DNA from: Octopus bimaculoides
Lineage: Eukaryota
Direction of reading: 5' to 3'
Assembly (NCBI RefSeq): GCF_001194135.2
Contig: NC_068984.1
Location: 66,122,243-66,186,242, forward strand
DNA: 64,000 bases
Shown in pieces: positions 1 to 14,686 of the stretch. The translations under genes and the position numbers were made by a program. Below the pieces are notes generated by a model. The model was not told the origin of the DNA and did no database searches. It saw nothing but the letters and a program-made list of their open reading frames with translations. Each line of letters begins with the position of its first letter. The stretch's first letter is position 1.

Positions 1-39
<39 letters not shown>

Positions 40-335
40 TACATATATATATACACATATATACATATACATATATATAGTCCAACCTATGCCAGAATAT
101 TAAAGGGGGATGATAAGACATATAAAAGGATCTGTACCAGTAAGTAAATGAAGTTACACTTTGCTTCCACAATCTCACACATTGGCACTACAACAAAAAA
201 TCTTGCTTTTACTTGTCAGGAACATGTTGCTTTGGTAAAAAGGGTTCCTGCTATTTAAGACATGAACATATTGTATCATGAGATCTAAGATTGCCTTTTG
301 CAATATGCATGCATACGTATGTGCACATGTATGAA

Positions 336-380
<45 letters not shown>

Positions 381-402
381 GTGTGTGTGCGTGTGCGCGC
401 AC
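1..402. repeat. Microsatellites (TA)n/(TACA)n at 1-78 and (TG)n at about 335-400
   Basis: Directly visible dinucleotide runs; they explain the HTHT/YIYI ORFs. Confidence 0.95.
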
Positions 403-3400
403 AAATGAATGTGCATGTATTCTAACATATTTTTCTGTAGAAGTAAAATAAACAAAAAATACTTCAAAAAAAAAAAAGAAAGATATGTGCTAGGTTTAAA
501 GAAAAGCAAGAAAGAAAATAATTTACATTATTTTTTAAACAACTATTTACAAGCATCAAGGCTGTTATACAGTTGGATGGAAATTACACTTCTGTTATCC
601 AAAATGTAACAAATGAATATCTCAGACTAAGAGCCCCTTACAAAGAATGAAGATATTTTCCCTGTAATATATATTGTCTAATAACATCCATGAAATATTA
701 CCTCATTAGGTTTCATGAAACATTTCATATCAGAGATTTCAAACCTTTATAACTGTCGATGGAATTCTATCTAGTAATCAGCATACAGCTGTTAAATTAC
801 ACCCTTTTTCAAGCTAAGAACTCTGTCTGATAAAGAAAGAACTACATGAATAAGCATTTTATTATTAATCCCAATTACATATGTGTGATTGAATGTGTGT
901 CTGTATAAAAATATGCACATACATACATTTGTGTGTATGCATCTGTAGGTATGTACATGTGTGCATGTGTGTGTGTGTGTTGATTATATACATATGTTTA
1001 ACGATCAGTTTGTATCAACTCTTACTATATATGGAAGAGGGGTTCCAAGGATTAAAATGTTTATAATTTAGAGTTTAATCGTTAATTAGTATTCAGAAGA
1101 TAATTAATATTATATATAGAAAATTTAACCAAAGTTACAACAGGATTTTCTCTGGTTGCACTAAAACAATTAAATCAATCCCTCACAAAAAACTTTATGA
1201 ATTTTTAAAAACAGTTTAATCCATGAACACAAAGAGAAAGTAATGACTTTTGTCAACTATTATGTTAGTAACTTTTGTGTCAAGTAACCTCTAAGTTATC
1301 CAGATCCAATATTAGGCTGTAACTCTTTGCACATTTATACTCCAATATTAATTTAGATATTTATTTGGCTCTTATATGACCTATTTCCAAGAAACCTATT
1401 TTGCTTAAGACCTGCTGATATTCTTACTTAAGTCAAAGACAATTAGATAACATCAAGCCTTCGAATATGCCATATTACACCTTTTACAACATCAATACAA
1501 ATTGGAAAATTAAGACAATGAATGATTAATATAGAATTTAATTTGTTCTAGTTTACATAGCCAATGAGAAATTTAATATCTAGAGAAGTGCAGCACTGTT
1601 TTCTTAGTAGCATTTATACAGTTACATATAATCATTATCATCATCATAGGCTAAAAAAATTCTAATTTCAAGCAGTACCTTAGGACAGCATTAGAAGAAA
1701 TGCCAAATAAATATTTGATTTCTCTTATTTCATACAACATTCCCATGGAAACATTGCCTTATAGTTGGGGCGTTAAGCTCATAATCATAAGATCGTTTAT
1801 CCCATTCCCAGTCAAGGAAGTTACTTCATTTCACATTGTTCCAATCTACTCAACTGAAAAATGAGTGTCAGCTAAGTGCTAGTCAATGCTTCCTCTCTCC
1901 AGCTCTCACATTCTGGAAGATCTGTTGGGTCAAGGAAAAAAGGCTTGATGGCATCAGTGTTCATGTGTGAGACTACATGAGCACTCAAAACAATTAACAA
2001 AAGCGTGGTACAAGCTACTAAGTTATATTCATTCATGAGTGATAGCCATAGTGTAAATTCTCATTTCACTCCGCTTAGTGCAATTTGATGTAAGTCAAGT
2101 TAAACCATTTGTGTTGATTATGATATGTTAACTCATATACACNNNNNNNNNNTGATTATGATATGTTAACTCATATACACATTATTTCTAATGTTCAAAC
2201 ACCTCTCTTTTCTGCATTATTGTTCTATCATTTTTCTCCTATATAAACAGTTCCCTCTAGTTTCATCTCTTCTGAAATATATACATATATTTCATGCCAA
2301 AACACATACATGTACACACAATCATCATCAGCAGCAGCTTACACTTTTACTCATAATTTCATTTGTATGTCCAATCTTGTTTTTGAAGACTTCCTTGATA
2401 GGATTGTTTCTATTCATATGCAACCAATTATTTTAATACCAGCTGCACACAGCTGACTGTCCAATTATATATGGTATAATATAAATATTTAGACTGATTG
2501 GCTTAGTCTACTTTATTTTCTTTCTTTCCACTTTCAATGTTTCATAATGGACATGACAAACCTAGTGACTATAGATCTATTGCTTCCATTGTGATTTCAC
2601 AAAGATATTGATTAGCAATTTGTCTAAAAGAAGAGGGGGGAAAAAGAAACAAAAGGAAACAAAATAAAAGAGAGAAATCATAAACAAGGGGAGAAATCAA
2701 ATCTAATCATCACCAACAGATACAGTAAGTGGAAAATAAGAGAGAAGAGGAGAATGAAATGTGTGAGAGACAAAACATAATGGCAAAGAGAAAAAAAAGA
2801 GAATATATATTTTAATGTAAGAGATTAAAAGAGAGAAAAGAACAGCGAAACAGAACATTAATGAAAATGAAATGATTTTTGTACTGTATCTGTGTCCATA
2901 TGTATGGATGGATGGATTTTTAAAAGATATTAATATGATAGACATGTAGAAATGTATAAGACATTGGTAGACGTATGCAGAACAGAATATCCAAATATAA
3001 AGTAAAAGAGAAGGAAAGTACAAAATGGTGAGTATGCAAAAGAGGGATATAAGAAGAGATACAAATCTAGAAAGAATTTGCATATCTGTAAAAGTATTCA
3101 ATGGAAACAGATGTATCACAAAAAAGACTAATGACAGCAAATAAAAGGAAAGTGAAAGGTGAAATAAATAAGATGGGCCTACATAAATATAAGATTTAGT
3201 AAAAATTATATTAAATTTAATTTTAAAACAAGCTCTAGAAAACATCTCCTCTCATTCTGGGACAACCACAGAGTAATAAGAAATGGTTTAATGGGTAAAC
3301 CCTTCATGCCAATGCTAGAGGTACTGGCCTTATACAAAACATTCTAAATCATTTTTCCGCTCCATCACACATTTAAAATGTTGAAGTGAAGATAGAGGTT

Positions 3401-3798
3401 ATTGCCCCTATGCTTGAACAGAGTAAATCACAGAAATATTGCCATAATATTAAATAATGGTGGTGCCACAGCATGGTTACAGCTCTCAAGCTGAGTTGCT
3501 GGTAAGTTACATTTACCAATTTATTGCATTTGAAGCAGTTGGAAAATGCTGTGCTGCTATCCATGAAGATCTCGAGAAAAGTGAAAGGAAAATGATTCTT
3601 AAGATAAAACAAAATAGGAAGGTAAAGTGAAATTTAACCTTTGATTAGTCTATCTGGCTGCATCACTGTGCAACCCAATGGTATGGGGATCAGTCCAACT
3701 GTGCAGCAACTTGGGCAAGCTTCTTCAACTACAGCCCTGGGCCAGCCAATGCTTTATAAGTAAATGTGCAGATGGAAATTTAGTGAAAGCCTGCCATG

Positions 3799-3850
<52 letters not shown>

Positions 3851-6661
3851 TGTGTGCATGTGAGTGTCTCCACAACACAACTGGTGCTTTTTTAATTATG
3901 TCACTGTAACTTCGCAATTTGACAAAAGGGGACGGATAGAATAAGTATGAGACTTAATAATAAGTACTGGAGTTGATTTGAGCAACTAAATGCTTTGAGG
4001 CAGTGCTCCAGCATCGCCACAGTCCAATTACTGAAACAAGATAAAAGATGCACTATGTGAAAGATATAAGGTGAAGGAATGAGTGATATGAAAAAACAAA
4101 TATGTGGAAACATACGGATAAAAACTTTTCTTAATCACATAGGCTAAATGGTAAAACATAATTTTATATTTTTCCATTAAATTATTTGATCAGATTATAA
4201 GCTTAAATATTTTATAATGATTTGTTGTTGTTAATCTTCAGATCAGTTCTGATCAAGCAGATCTAAAGGCATTCCTTTTTTATTTTCAAATATAATTGAT
4301 TGAAAACTATATTAACCTATGTATCCTTCTTTTGAAAATAATAAGGTGTGATATGAAGATTTGGTTTATTTCTATTTCTAGCAAGTTGAATTACCACAAA
4401 GGCACTTTTGTTTTTATTAACTGAACAATTAATTGCAGAGAAAATTTTTCTCAAATTGCTAACATTTTTTTCGAGAGCCCATTTTCAAATTGTTTAGGCT
4501 TTTTCACCTCCTGAGAAATCCTAATATTTACAATATATATGAAAATATTTGGGATAGGTTTGAAATAGTGAACATTCATATTTTACAAAAGCTTCAACAC
4601 TGTTACCCACTAGCATTACCAAGTAGCATTACCTCAGGTAAGAGCACTGAATCTTTTATAGAGTCATTATATGATACATTGAAATGAAAATTAGCTTAAC
4701 TGAACAATACCATCATTGGCTGCAGGTTTCCAGTAGACCAATCATTGGTACATTGAATTTCAAGTGGCAAGAGCAAGAAGTGGGTGTCTGTGCAACTTAG
4801 AAAGAATGGATACCAGACAAAATTTAAATAAATTTGCTGGAATGTATAGATTTATCAGTTTTCTTAGCACATAAATACTAATATACATGTAGACATACAC
4901 ACACACACACACACACACACAATTGGCTTCTATGCAGTTTTCATTGACTAAACTCCTACCCACAAGTTATCAGTCAATGATTGTGTTTTTCCAAGCTGCC
5001 ACTAAGTGGAATAGATTTCAAAACCATAGGATTGCAAAATGAGCCTCTCTCACAACTGTGCCTGTGGCCATAACTTAAATTGATAAATCTTAAATGTATA
5101 TTACGTCTGAAAACACACAGACTAAATAAGAAATGTCATTAGAATCGGTAGAGTAGTTTTGCTTTGTGTAAGCTTTAATTGACCTGAAAATAACAAAAGT
5201 AAAAGTTTCAGCCTCAATGAAGTCTCCACCCCCACATCATTAATAGTATTAATTTCTTATCTCATGGCACAGAGACTTACAACTCCTTTGCTATAATACA
5301 AAGACAGAACAAAGTCCTGATATCAGACAAAGTTTATAATAATATTTGTTATTGTTTCTGTATTGCATCAATAATAATAATGATAATAATAATAATGATA
5401 GTAATAATAATTTCTTGATGGTTGCAATTGATAAATGTTTCTAACATAAGCTAGAAATCTATGGGTGAGGAGAATAATTATATCAACCCCAGTACTAGTT
5501 TTATTGCTCATTTTATCAACTCCACAAGGATGAAAGGCAAGAGTTCAAATGCTGCCATGGTCTACTTTGCCTTTCATTCTCTCAGGGGTTAATAAAATAA
5601 GTTTAGTACTGAGGTCAATGTAATTGATTTACCCTCTCCAGTTAAAGTTGTTGGTTTTGTGCCAAAATTCTACTCTGAATAATCAGAGTAGAATTTCTAT
5701 TATGAAAGATCAATCATAATGCCTATCTCTCAGCTCCTACCGTGGGACACAATCCTTAGATTATTCTATGGTCTGGTGGAGGATGGGGCAAGAGGGCTTG
5801 TATGTCTGTAAAGACTATTCCACCTGACTACATATTATCACTAACAGTCACATCACCACTAACCACTTTCTCATACATTTCTACAAAATTGGTCATTAGT
5901 CAGGTGTGAATGTCATCACTCTTGTATCTTATGGTGACACTCATGGGTTTTTGGGTATTTTTGCTCAGATACAATGAAATCAGCTACAAGCACACGTGTG
6001 ATTGCACTAACTGAACTTGTCTCTTTGCCTCTACTTTCAACAACATATGCAACTTCATATGTCTTTAGTAATGCACAGATATGTTGCCTTATTTCACTTT
6101 CCCATTGGGGCAACAGCTTGCAGTAGAAAAGTATAATTTTTCTCTCATAAGGCTGCTATGGTCTCTTCCTTTCATCTAAAGGTTGTATCTCATGATAGCA
6201 TCCCTAGATGATATTACATGTGCTATGTTCAGACTGCAAAGTATATGTAGAGAATGAAGACAAGCCTAAATCTTGAAATAAATTTCTCACATGACAGGTG
6301 ATACATGATTATAACAATAATCAAGAGAACAATTCATTAAAACAACTACAGTACTTTATTTGATTACTATCAGAAGGCTAAAAAGGACAGTCAATCCCAG
6401 TATGCTTTGAACTCAAACCATAAAGAACAAAACTAAATATCAAAAATATTTTTATTCAAGTGCCATCCAACACTAATAATTTCTGACAGTCACAAGGCCA
6501 AATATTTTGGGAGAATTATATTTATCAGTCCTAGAAAATTAACAGCAAAGTCAACAATGGCAAGATTTCATTTCAGAATATAAGGGGATAATTTTCTTTA
6601 TGCAAAATAATAGAAATTTCAATTTAGAACCTCAAATTTCCATGCTCAAATAATGGCATGC

Positions 6662-6877
6662 AAAACTTTTAGCATTCAGATTATGCTATCAAATTTACTG
6701 CTTATTTATTCACATTGTTTTGAATTAACTATGCATTATCTTATAGCTTCAAAATTTTGATAAGTGGTAAGAATAACATTGTAAGGTAAATGTGAAAGGC
6801 TGGATCTGGCCGCTTTCATCATAAAACAGGTAAAATATCTGGGTCAGATACAGCCAGTTTAAATACAACAGGGTTAA
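6662..6877 (+). mobile_element. piggyBac-like MITE, copy 1 (degenerate)
   Basis: Begins acttttagcattcag and ends tttaaatacaacagggttaa. The internal sequence is shared with copies at 12447 (reverse) and 43656. TTAA at the right end suggests a piggyBac-type target. Confidence 0.6.
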
Positions 6878-7383
6878 ATAGATGACAACCAGCCTATCAA
6901 ATTAAAGAGATACAGATCAAGTAAGAACTCAACAACCAACTAGTTCAAAGCCTTAATTAGAGGTCTTTCATCACAGAAACAGAACAAAATCTTCTTAACT
7001 ATCAAAATATTATGATGATGAAGAATATACAAGAAGAAGAGGAGTATTTTTTCAGAAACAATCAATCTTATTGTTCATGGTTACCCAGTTTGAGCCAAAA
7101 CAAATTAAATGTATAGACAAGTCAAATTTCATGATATATTACACACATTGGAAGTTGTTAATATTTTCAAATTCAGGCAATGTATATATATATATATATA
7201 TATATATATTGTAAATACACACCATAAAATATGATGAAAAATAACATTGTTAGCATATAACAGGACATACCAGTTTTTTTATTGAAAGAAATATTGGTAA
7301 ATCACCTTAACATGATAGCCAAAGATCAGAGAGAAAAAGAATTTTTCCACATAACCTGATATAAATTCCAGCAAACAACTTAC

Positions 7384-7794
7384 CTCTTGAGTAACTGAAT
7401 AAATTATCCAGATATCGAGATATGAAAATAGATATATCCAGAATCTAGTGACTGAAGACAGCAACAGTTCCCATACGGACATTGAGAAGAATAAAAGAGA
7501 TACCATCAATTATAACCGAAATCCCAGGTCTTACACATAAATAAAATATATCACTAAGAACTACATACACGTAACTAGATTGCTGTTGCTCACTATAGTG
7601 AACATAAGTTTTGTGCATGGAGTTGCACTTTGTCATACAGTGATGGCATACAAAATTAATGATTTCTCCTGATGGTACAAGGCCATAAATTATAAAAGGT
7701 AGGAATATATTAGAGCTATAATAAATAAAACTGATCCATGTACATGCATGGTACTTATTTCCAAACCCAAGATATATGAAAGTCAAAGTCATCT
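7384..7794 (-). CDS. Candidate coding exon(s) of an unidentified minus-strand gene (7535-7794 and 7384-7444)
   Basis: Strong acceptor ctttcttgtcttttag at 7795, ATG at 7792, internal donor tgt|gtaaga at 7535/7534, acceptor cactag at 7445 and strong donor gag|gtaagt at 7384. One frame is open over 136 codons except for a single TAG that coincides with the second acceptor. No protein family recognised. Confidence 0.3.
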
Positions 7795-10301
7795 CTAAAA
7801 GACAAGAAAGTCCAAGAAGAAAAGAATTACTTAGAAAAAAGACAAATAAAAAAGTAATAAAAAAGCAAATTTAAGAAAGAATTCAGAACCTCAAATGTAT
7901 CAGGAAGAAGAAATGAGGAATGTAGCTTATCAGGTATATTTTACACAGAAGTGAAATAGTGTGGGTTTCTAATTCATATGTAAATAGCATTGATATTTAT
8001 TCCTTATAGTCACACTAATAAAATCACCAAAGAAAATCATCAATATTAACAAAACCACAACATTCTTAGAGGAGTTGACAAAAATCACTCCTTTTGTAGA
8101 AGTGTATCTCTATTCTGCAATTGTAGAATGTAAATGAGTCCTTAGCGCCCAAAAGATTTTAAAGGCTTTCTAAACACATGAATTTCCAAGATTGAACTTT
8201 CTTTCATTGGCAACATTCTCAGATCAGATGAGTGATACCTCTTAACAAAAGGTACATATATTGACGGGATGAATAAGAAACCATTTTATGTAGGAACAAA
8301 ATGACTGCAGTATATTTTAATTCACATCTTATGACTAAGTATTTGAATACGTTATCCACTCGGCCATATTGCTTCTATTATTTTACAATTAAGAAATAAC
8401 AGTTTCATGCACTGGCAGTGAAAGTATAATCAAAGTTTTAGAAACTAAAAACTAGCATCGACTTCTTGCAGTTCAGATCCCGCTATAGTCAAATAAGCTA
8501 ACACCATAAATATTCCTATCATATCAGGAAGAGGGTGATGTTGAACAATAAATATACATGTGGCACCCTCTGGTTATTGACATAAGCACAAAGGAGATAA
8601 TAAACCCCTCACAACATGAGGCAAAATTTGAATCTGAAATTAAGGAATATGAGGAAGATCCATAGAGTTCACATATTTATATATTTATTTTTTTATGCTT
8701 TGAAGTTTTTACAATTTCTAGTTGGTGATAATCATGTATAGCATTATTTCATTCTTTTTAGAAATCTTGAGCATGGTTTAATCTGTAACATATTACTCAT
8801 GCACAAAAACATTTTCATTAAAACTGATCTTCTTAATGTCATTCAATATATAAATTTCTTAACATCTGTTAATATATATTAGTAAATTCTCAAATTGTCC
8901 AGTCCAGAATATTATGTTCCGGTCTTGTTTTCAAGATGATAAAACATGGAAAAATGCCAAAAGTCAATAAGAAAAAATATCTTCAAAAGGAAGGGGATAC
9001 AGTATAACTAAATAAGGTCATTAGTTATTCTGCAATAAATCTTATTTCATGTCACAGCAGGTTTCTGTTTTATCTTTGGACACTGGATTTGATTCATTGT
9101 GCTTATATTCAACTATGTATCAGATTTAGCCTATAAACTTCAGAATACCTATTGTGATAGACTCCAGATAGAGAATTCTAATATTTCATACATGATATTG
9201 TCAACTTCAGAAATATACAGAAATGCAAGTACAAGTAAATAAAATCTTCTTATTTATATATTTTCAAGAACAATACAGTAACAAGTCTAATAATGCATAC
9301 AATCTATGAAAATAATACTCTGATAAAGTTAAAATCGCATGGCAAACACTGCATACACCTGGTCTTTAAGGATATAAATAACATACAAAAATGATTTCAA
9401 AAGCAACCAAAAAGATGTACAAAATATATAATAATAACAACAGTAATCTCTGAAATCCATATATAAAACTAAAGACAATATAAAACAATTAATGAAGTAA
9501 AAAACACTTTTTTTATTCATTTTTAATCAATGTATGAGTCTGCCATAAGTTCAACAGACAGTGTCAGCCATTTTGGCATGACAACGAAATTTGAGATTTA
9601 GTTTGAGTATACAAGACATTATGCTACAGCTTAGCTCATTGTTATTTGGATGAAATCCAAAAGAATATTTGAAGAACTTGCTAAGTAGCTGTCTTAGCTT
9701 CACTGTTATAGAATTTACTTTTCAGATAGAGTATTGAAAAAGTACACAGTATGCTCTTTTCCTCCAGCAATTATTAATTTTTCCTTTCTTGGATGAAATG
9801 ATTTCTAAAAATTAGCTGCTTATATATTTTTATACATTTGAACAGTTACTCACAACCATCCATGAACCACATGTAATACTACTTCTTAGTCAGTTAAGTC
9901 AAGTAAGAAGACAGTTTTACTTACATGTTTAGAGATATAAAAATACACACACATACAAACACATATTATCAAACCACACACTTATTTCTTTATTTACATC
10001 ATCATTCTTGAAAATCCACTTTTCTATAATTGCATGATCAGATGGAATTTGTTGAGATTTTCTACAGCCAGATGCCCTTCCTGTTGCCAACCTTTACCCG
10101 TTTCCAGGAAAGGGAATTTTCCTCATGGCCAGACACATGTTTCACACAAACACACATTGATATACACAGTGGTAGTTTCCATCTACCAAATCAACTTATA
10201 ATGCTTTGGTTATCCTAAAGCTCCACACAGTGGGAACTGAACCCAAGGGCAAATGGTTAGGAAGCAAGCTTCTTAACCACACAGCCATATTTGTACCTAT
10301 A

Positions 10302-10349
<48 letters not shown>

Positions 10350-12446
10350 TTCTTTACATTAATTTTTCCATGCTAACATGGGTGAGATTATGTTTTTGCT
10401 TTTACACTAGGACACCATTCCTATTACTGAGAGTTGCACTGATTGTCTGGCAAAATGATGCTACAGTATTTCCATTCTTTTGCGTAGGCCACACTCAACT
10501 GTAATATAGTTTCAATCCATAATGTACACACACACACATGAAAAATTTTAGGGATTGATGTTTAAGAAAATACATTTTTGTTATTGAATTATTAGTGAAG
10601 AAATTAGATCATAATGAGGAAAACACTAATGAAACTAATAAAGATTTCTTACATTTCTACAAAGTTAATAATTGGTAAGGAGGAATTACATCCAGTTGAA
10701 TTAGAACTGCAAACTATTAGTACATATTTTTTCTAAATCCCCAATATGTATAAAATGTGAAATCAACTTTTCTGAGAACAAAATGCAGAATACAGAAAAA
10801 AGACAAAATGAAAATAGATACAAATAATTCTAACAAAATTCCAAAAAGTTATCTGCTGCTTTTCCAAACTCTTCTTTTGGTACTTATTTGTATGTCAGTT
10901 AAAGACTAACATGTATTAAATAAAAGTTAAACAAAGAATAATGGTAAGAGCTTGTCATTTTGTTACTGTAATACCTCACAAAGAATATCTTCGATATAAT
11001 AGCAGATCAAAATGCTCATCAAACTGAATTTTCACAAGTGTACTAATGAAATTTATTCCAACATTATAAAGTTAAAACAAATTTATTTCAGGAATGATAG
11101 ACAAGCGGGCAATATAATTTAACTAGGTAAACTATTGAAACTTTCCAGATTTATAAAACTTTAAAAGATAGAAAAGTTAAATTGAAATGTCAACAGTAGT
11201 TTAAAGATCAAACTAAAAAGAAAATTGATAGCAAGATAAGAAAAGGCTTAGTATGATTTTTTTCCATGTTCACCACAAAGACAAAATGTTGATTCTTTTC
11301 ATAGTAGCACTTTAGAGTATTTATAAGAACTAATTGCTAAAACCTATGTACATTCTTCAGACCCTTAGTTTGTAGAATAACTCACCTGTAAAAATAATAA
11401 TTTTTGTTTTTAACGTGAACAATATTTTAATATTAAATCTCATTAAAGCATAAAAAAAGTTTAAACTATAATATACAAAAGTCTTAATTCCTCAGAAAGA
11501 AAAGAACCAAAATTAACCAAAATTTCTTAAAGAGAGATGGTAGAAATTCTAATTCAGATGCTGCAGTCTAGACAAAAAGGCAACATATTTCCTTATATGA
11601 AAGACAAAGTTCAATCACTGCATAGAAACTATTTTGTAACCAACGAGTAATAAATGTTTACTTCAATAAAGCCTCTTTTTTGTTTGTTTTTTGGGTTTTG
11701 CTTTCTAATTTTGGACATAGTCCGCAAAAACATCTGAGTTCAATGAGCAAAATTTGCTGAACATAATTTTGAGATTAATTGAGTATTATTGGCATATCTG
11801 GCTTTTTGAAGAAATCATTTAATTACTTTACTGAAATAAGTTTTATGAACTGACAGAGAGTACAAGGTGAACTATTTTCCTCAGATCCCAAAATATATCT
11901 ATGATCTATGTAAATTATTCAATAATGGTAATAACAAAAATGTAGTAATAGCTGAATAAAGAATAAAGAATCAATCATTAATCAATAGAGACTAAAATAG
12001 AAACTCTTCAGAGACATATGGCCAAAGCATCAGTCAATGTTGAACAATCTGACATCATAAGAAGTAATAAAATAGCTAAATGAAAGAACAAACAGTGAAA
12101 GAGTTAACGAAGTAGCAATTTAAGTAATCAAAATTTTCACAAATGCAAGAAAAATGCAGATCTGCAACAGCTCATTAAAATGGCGTCCAATATATTTCTA
12201 TTAGTTAGCTTCACTAGACAGAACAATTATTACTATCATTGTTATTTTTCATGAATGAAAAATATCAAATTTTTAAAAAACTTTCCTTTTTCTCTATCTA
12301 CCAGGAGCATAAAAGACAAATACCCCAACTCTAATATATATAGCAAACATGTATTTTAAAGCCTAAATAAATATTTAAAAAAAACAAGTTAAACAATGGC
12401 AAAATCTGAAGTCAGAATAATGATATACTGTGAAGTATTTTTCAGG

Positions 12447-12661
12447 TTAAACCTTTAGCATTTAAACCAGCCATATCCGACCCAAATATTTTACATGTTT
12501 TATATTCAAATCAGCTAGATCTCACCTCTCATTCCTACCCTACAATGTCAGTCAAAAAATAAACAATCCCATCTTTGAAATCTCGAAGCTACAAAATAAT
12601 GTATGGTTAAGTCAAAACAATGTGAATAAATAATCTTTACATTTGGCAGAGTAATCTGATC
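12447..12661 (-). mobile_element. piggyBac-like MITE, copy 2
   Basis: Starts ttaaacctttagcatttaaaccagccatatcc, the reverse complement of the right end of the 6662 and 43656 copies. Confidence 0.6.
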
Positions 12662-14577
12662 CACTTTCATAAAAAAAATGAGTAATATATGAAGATAAAA
12701 AAATTAACTGAAAACCAATTTAATCAAAAATCTTAAGATCTAATGGAAATTATACCAATATTTAGAGCCTATCATTTGTATTTTTAAAGGTTTAATACTA
12801 TTCAGCTACAGATTTTATTCAATTTAATGAAAGAAAATAACTTGAAGATGTTGCCACTTAACTGGTACACTGATATTAGGTTTCCATGTACTCTCTTGGA
12901 ATTACTTCACTTAAGTTAATCTCTGTATCTTAATGTTTTCTGTCTCCCATTAAAAATAATTTCATTGGTGATTTTTCAGCATTATGGCCAATTGTCATGC
13001 AACATTGATTACATCTGATTAACCAAATTACACAGTATCAAGTAGCAAGAGATGGCATAGTTATGAAAATATGTTTCCCTTACTCAACAATTCAATAGAA
13101 TAAAAAAAATAAAGGAGAAAAAAGCACTGCAAGGAAAAAGTTTGACTACAGAAACCCTTTCTGCATGTTAATAATAAGTTCTAACACATTGGCAGATGGT
13201 CACACATATCAGTGAAGTAGTACAGTCAATTTAATCGATCCCTTCCTCAATGCTTGACAAGTATTTATTTTATTGATTCCAGAAAGATGAAAGCAAAGCT
13301 GACCCTGGCAATATAACTTGCTCATATCTACTAGATTAAATTAATGAACATCTAAAATATGTTACTGCATAATTTAACTTCATATCGACATTTATTTCAG
13401 TAGTTTGTGAAATAAAAAAGAGTAAGCCATACGGTTGCCAAGAATTGTACCTAAAACTATTTGAATTCATCATTATAATATCTACTGTCTACAACTTACA
13501 CTTGTTTCAGGGAAACATGATTGAGGTATTAAAGCCACATGTTTTGTTCCATTATTAGAATGGCTAAGTTCACCAACTATAGCAGGGGCACTGCTTTCTA
13601 TGAGAATCTCCACTATACAACAAGAAAGGTATTTGACCATAGAAAATCTGCCTCAATATAGTCCATTTGATTCATGCAAGCATGGAAAAGTAGCTGTTAA
13701 GATGATGACGACACACTATTCATTCTCTAATAAGTCAGTATTCAGATGATGTGCATGGTAGACAACGATGAGAAAAGAAGGTCCAAAAGCCTATTGTTTT
13801 CCTGTTATATCATTGTTCTGGTCAACTAGAAGGTCAACATGGCTCATTCCTCATTTTCTGCAGTTAGATTACATAGACAATCATTGTAAGCAAATTTACT
13901 ATGAAGTCCAAAAGCTAAAATAATTTGTTTCATCTTCTTTAAAACAAAGTAACATTAATGTATAAATTCCAACATGGTATTTTATGAATTGCTACATGTG
14001 TTTCACTAGCAGGCAGTGAATTAACAGAGTTGTTCAAGCATCAAACAGAATGCCCCTTGCAGTATTTGATCTGGCTGTCTGTCTGAGTCCAAGATCAAAT
14101 CTTGCTGAAGTCAACTTTCATTTTTTCAGTGATGATAAATAAAACACCAAACCATAGTAGTAGATTGTGGGAATTGTTGGAGTTTTGAATAGGATGTCTT
14201 ACAAGTGTGTTCTGGCACTTTGTATTCTGAGTTTACATTCCACTTAAGGATTCAAGTATGTTAATAGCCAGAACTATTCATCCAATCACAGGACCACAAT
14301 TGATTATGAATACTGCTACTGGTTTGAAGAGTGCAGCCACCTGCTATTGCAGCTGAATAATGATAACAGAGAGGATTATGAAAAAGGTGATGGCGATGGT
14401 AGTGAGAATGATGAAAGAGAAAAATGTCAAAAAAAATTATTTTTACATAATTATGTATTTGCATAATCCAATATTTTTCAGTAATCTTCAACTTTTATCA
14501 AAAATTTCTATTTTTCTTCAAAATATTCAATTATTCAATATTTTTTCTAATTAGGGTAACATGGTTGGCTGGGGAAC

Positions 14578-14686
14578 TATAGTTCTTTACTGTCCCATCA
14601 TTAGGTTGGTTCCTTCGTGTCCCAACACTGTGTTGGTTCCTTAATGTCCCAACATTGAATTGGTTTCTCTATACTGTTTCAAATTG
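14578..14686. repeat. 27-bp diverged tandem repeat, about 4 units
   Basis: Units start at 14578, 14605 (gttggttccttcgtgtcccaacactgt), 14632 (gttggttccttaatgtcccaacattga) and 14659. Confidence 0.75.

Noticed and set aside
2114-2180. Direct repeat tgattatgatatgttaactcatatacac on both sides of a 10-N gap
   Set aside because: Most likely an unmerged contig overlap (assembly artefact), not a biological duplication
2703-3245. 180-aa hydrophobic minus-strand ORF (similar ones at 27800-28213, 37187-37486, 56910-57134)
   Set aside because: The plus strand is purine-rich low-complexity sequence, so the T/C-rich strand lacks stops by composition; no motif or splice support
5281-5316. 36-nt symmetric minus-strand exon candidate (DFVLSLYYSKGV)
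   Set aside because: Such short matches arise by chance in 64 kb of AT-rich DNA; no independent support
5916-6117. Protein-like ORF LLPQWESEIRQHICALLKTYEVAYVVESRGKETSSVSAITRVL... after an acceptor-like caag
   Set aside because: No recognisable family, weak donor, and phase incompatible with the upstream candidate; could be a decayed transposase fragment. Left unannotated pending BLASTX.
12172-12255. aaaATGGCG start-codon-like context
   Set aside because: The frame closes after 24 codons and there is no donor
14578-14686. CRISPR-like spacing of short palindromic repeats
   Set aside because: Units are contiguous without unique spacers, there are no cas genes, and the context is eukaryotic
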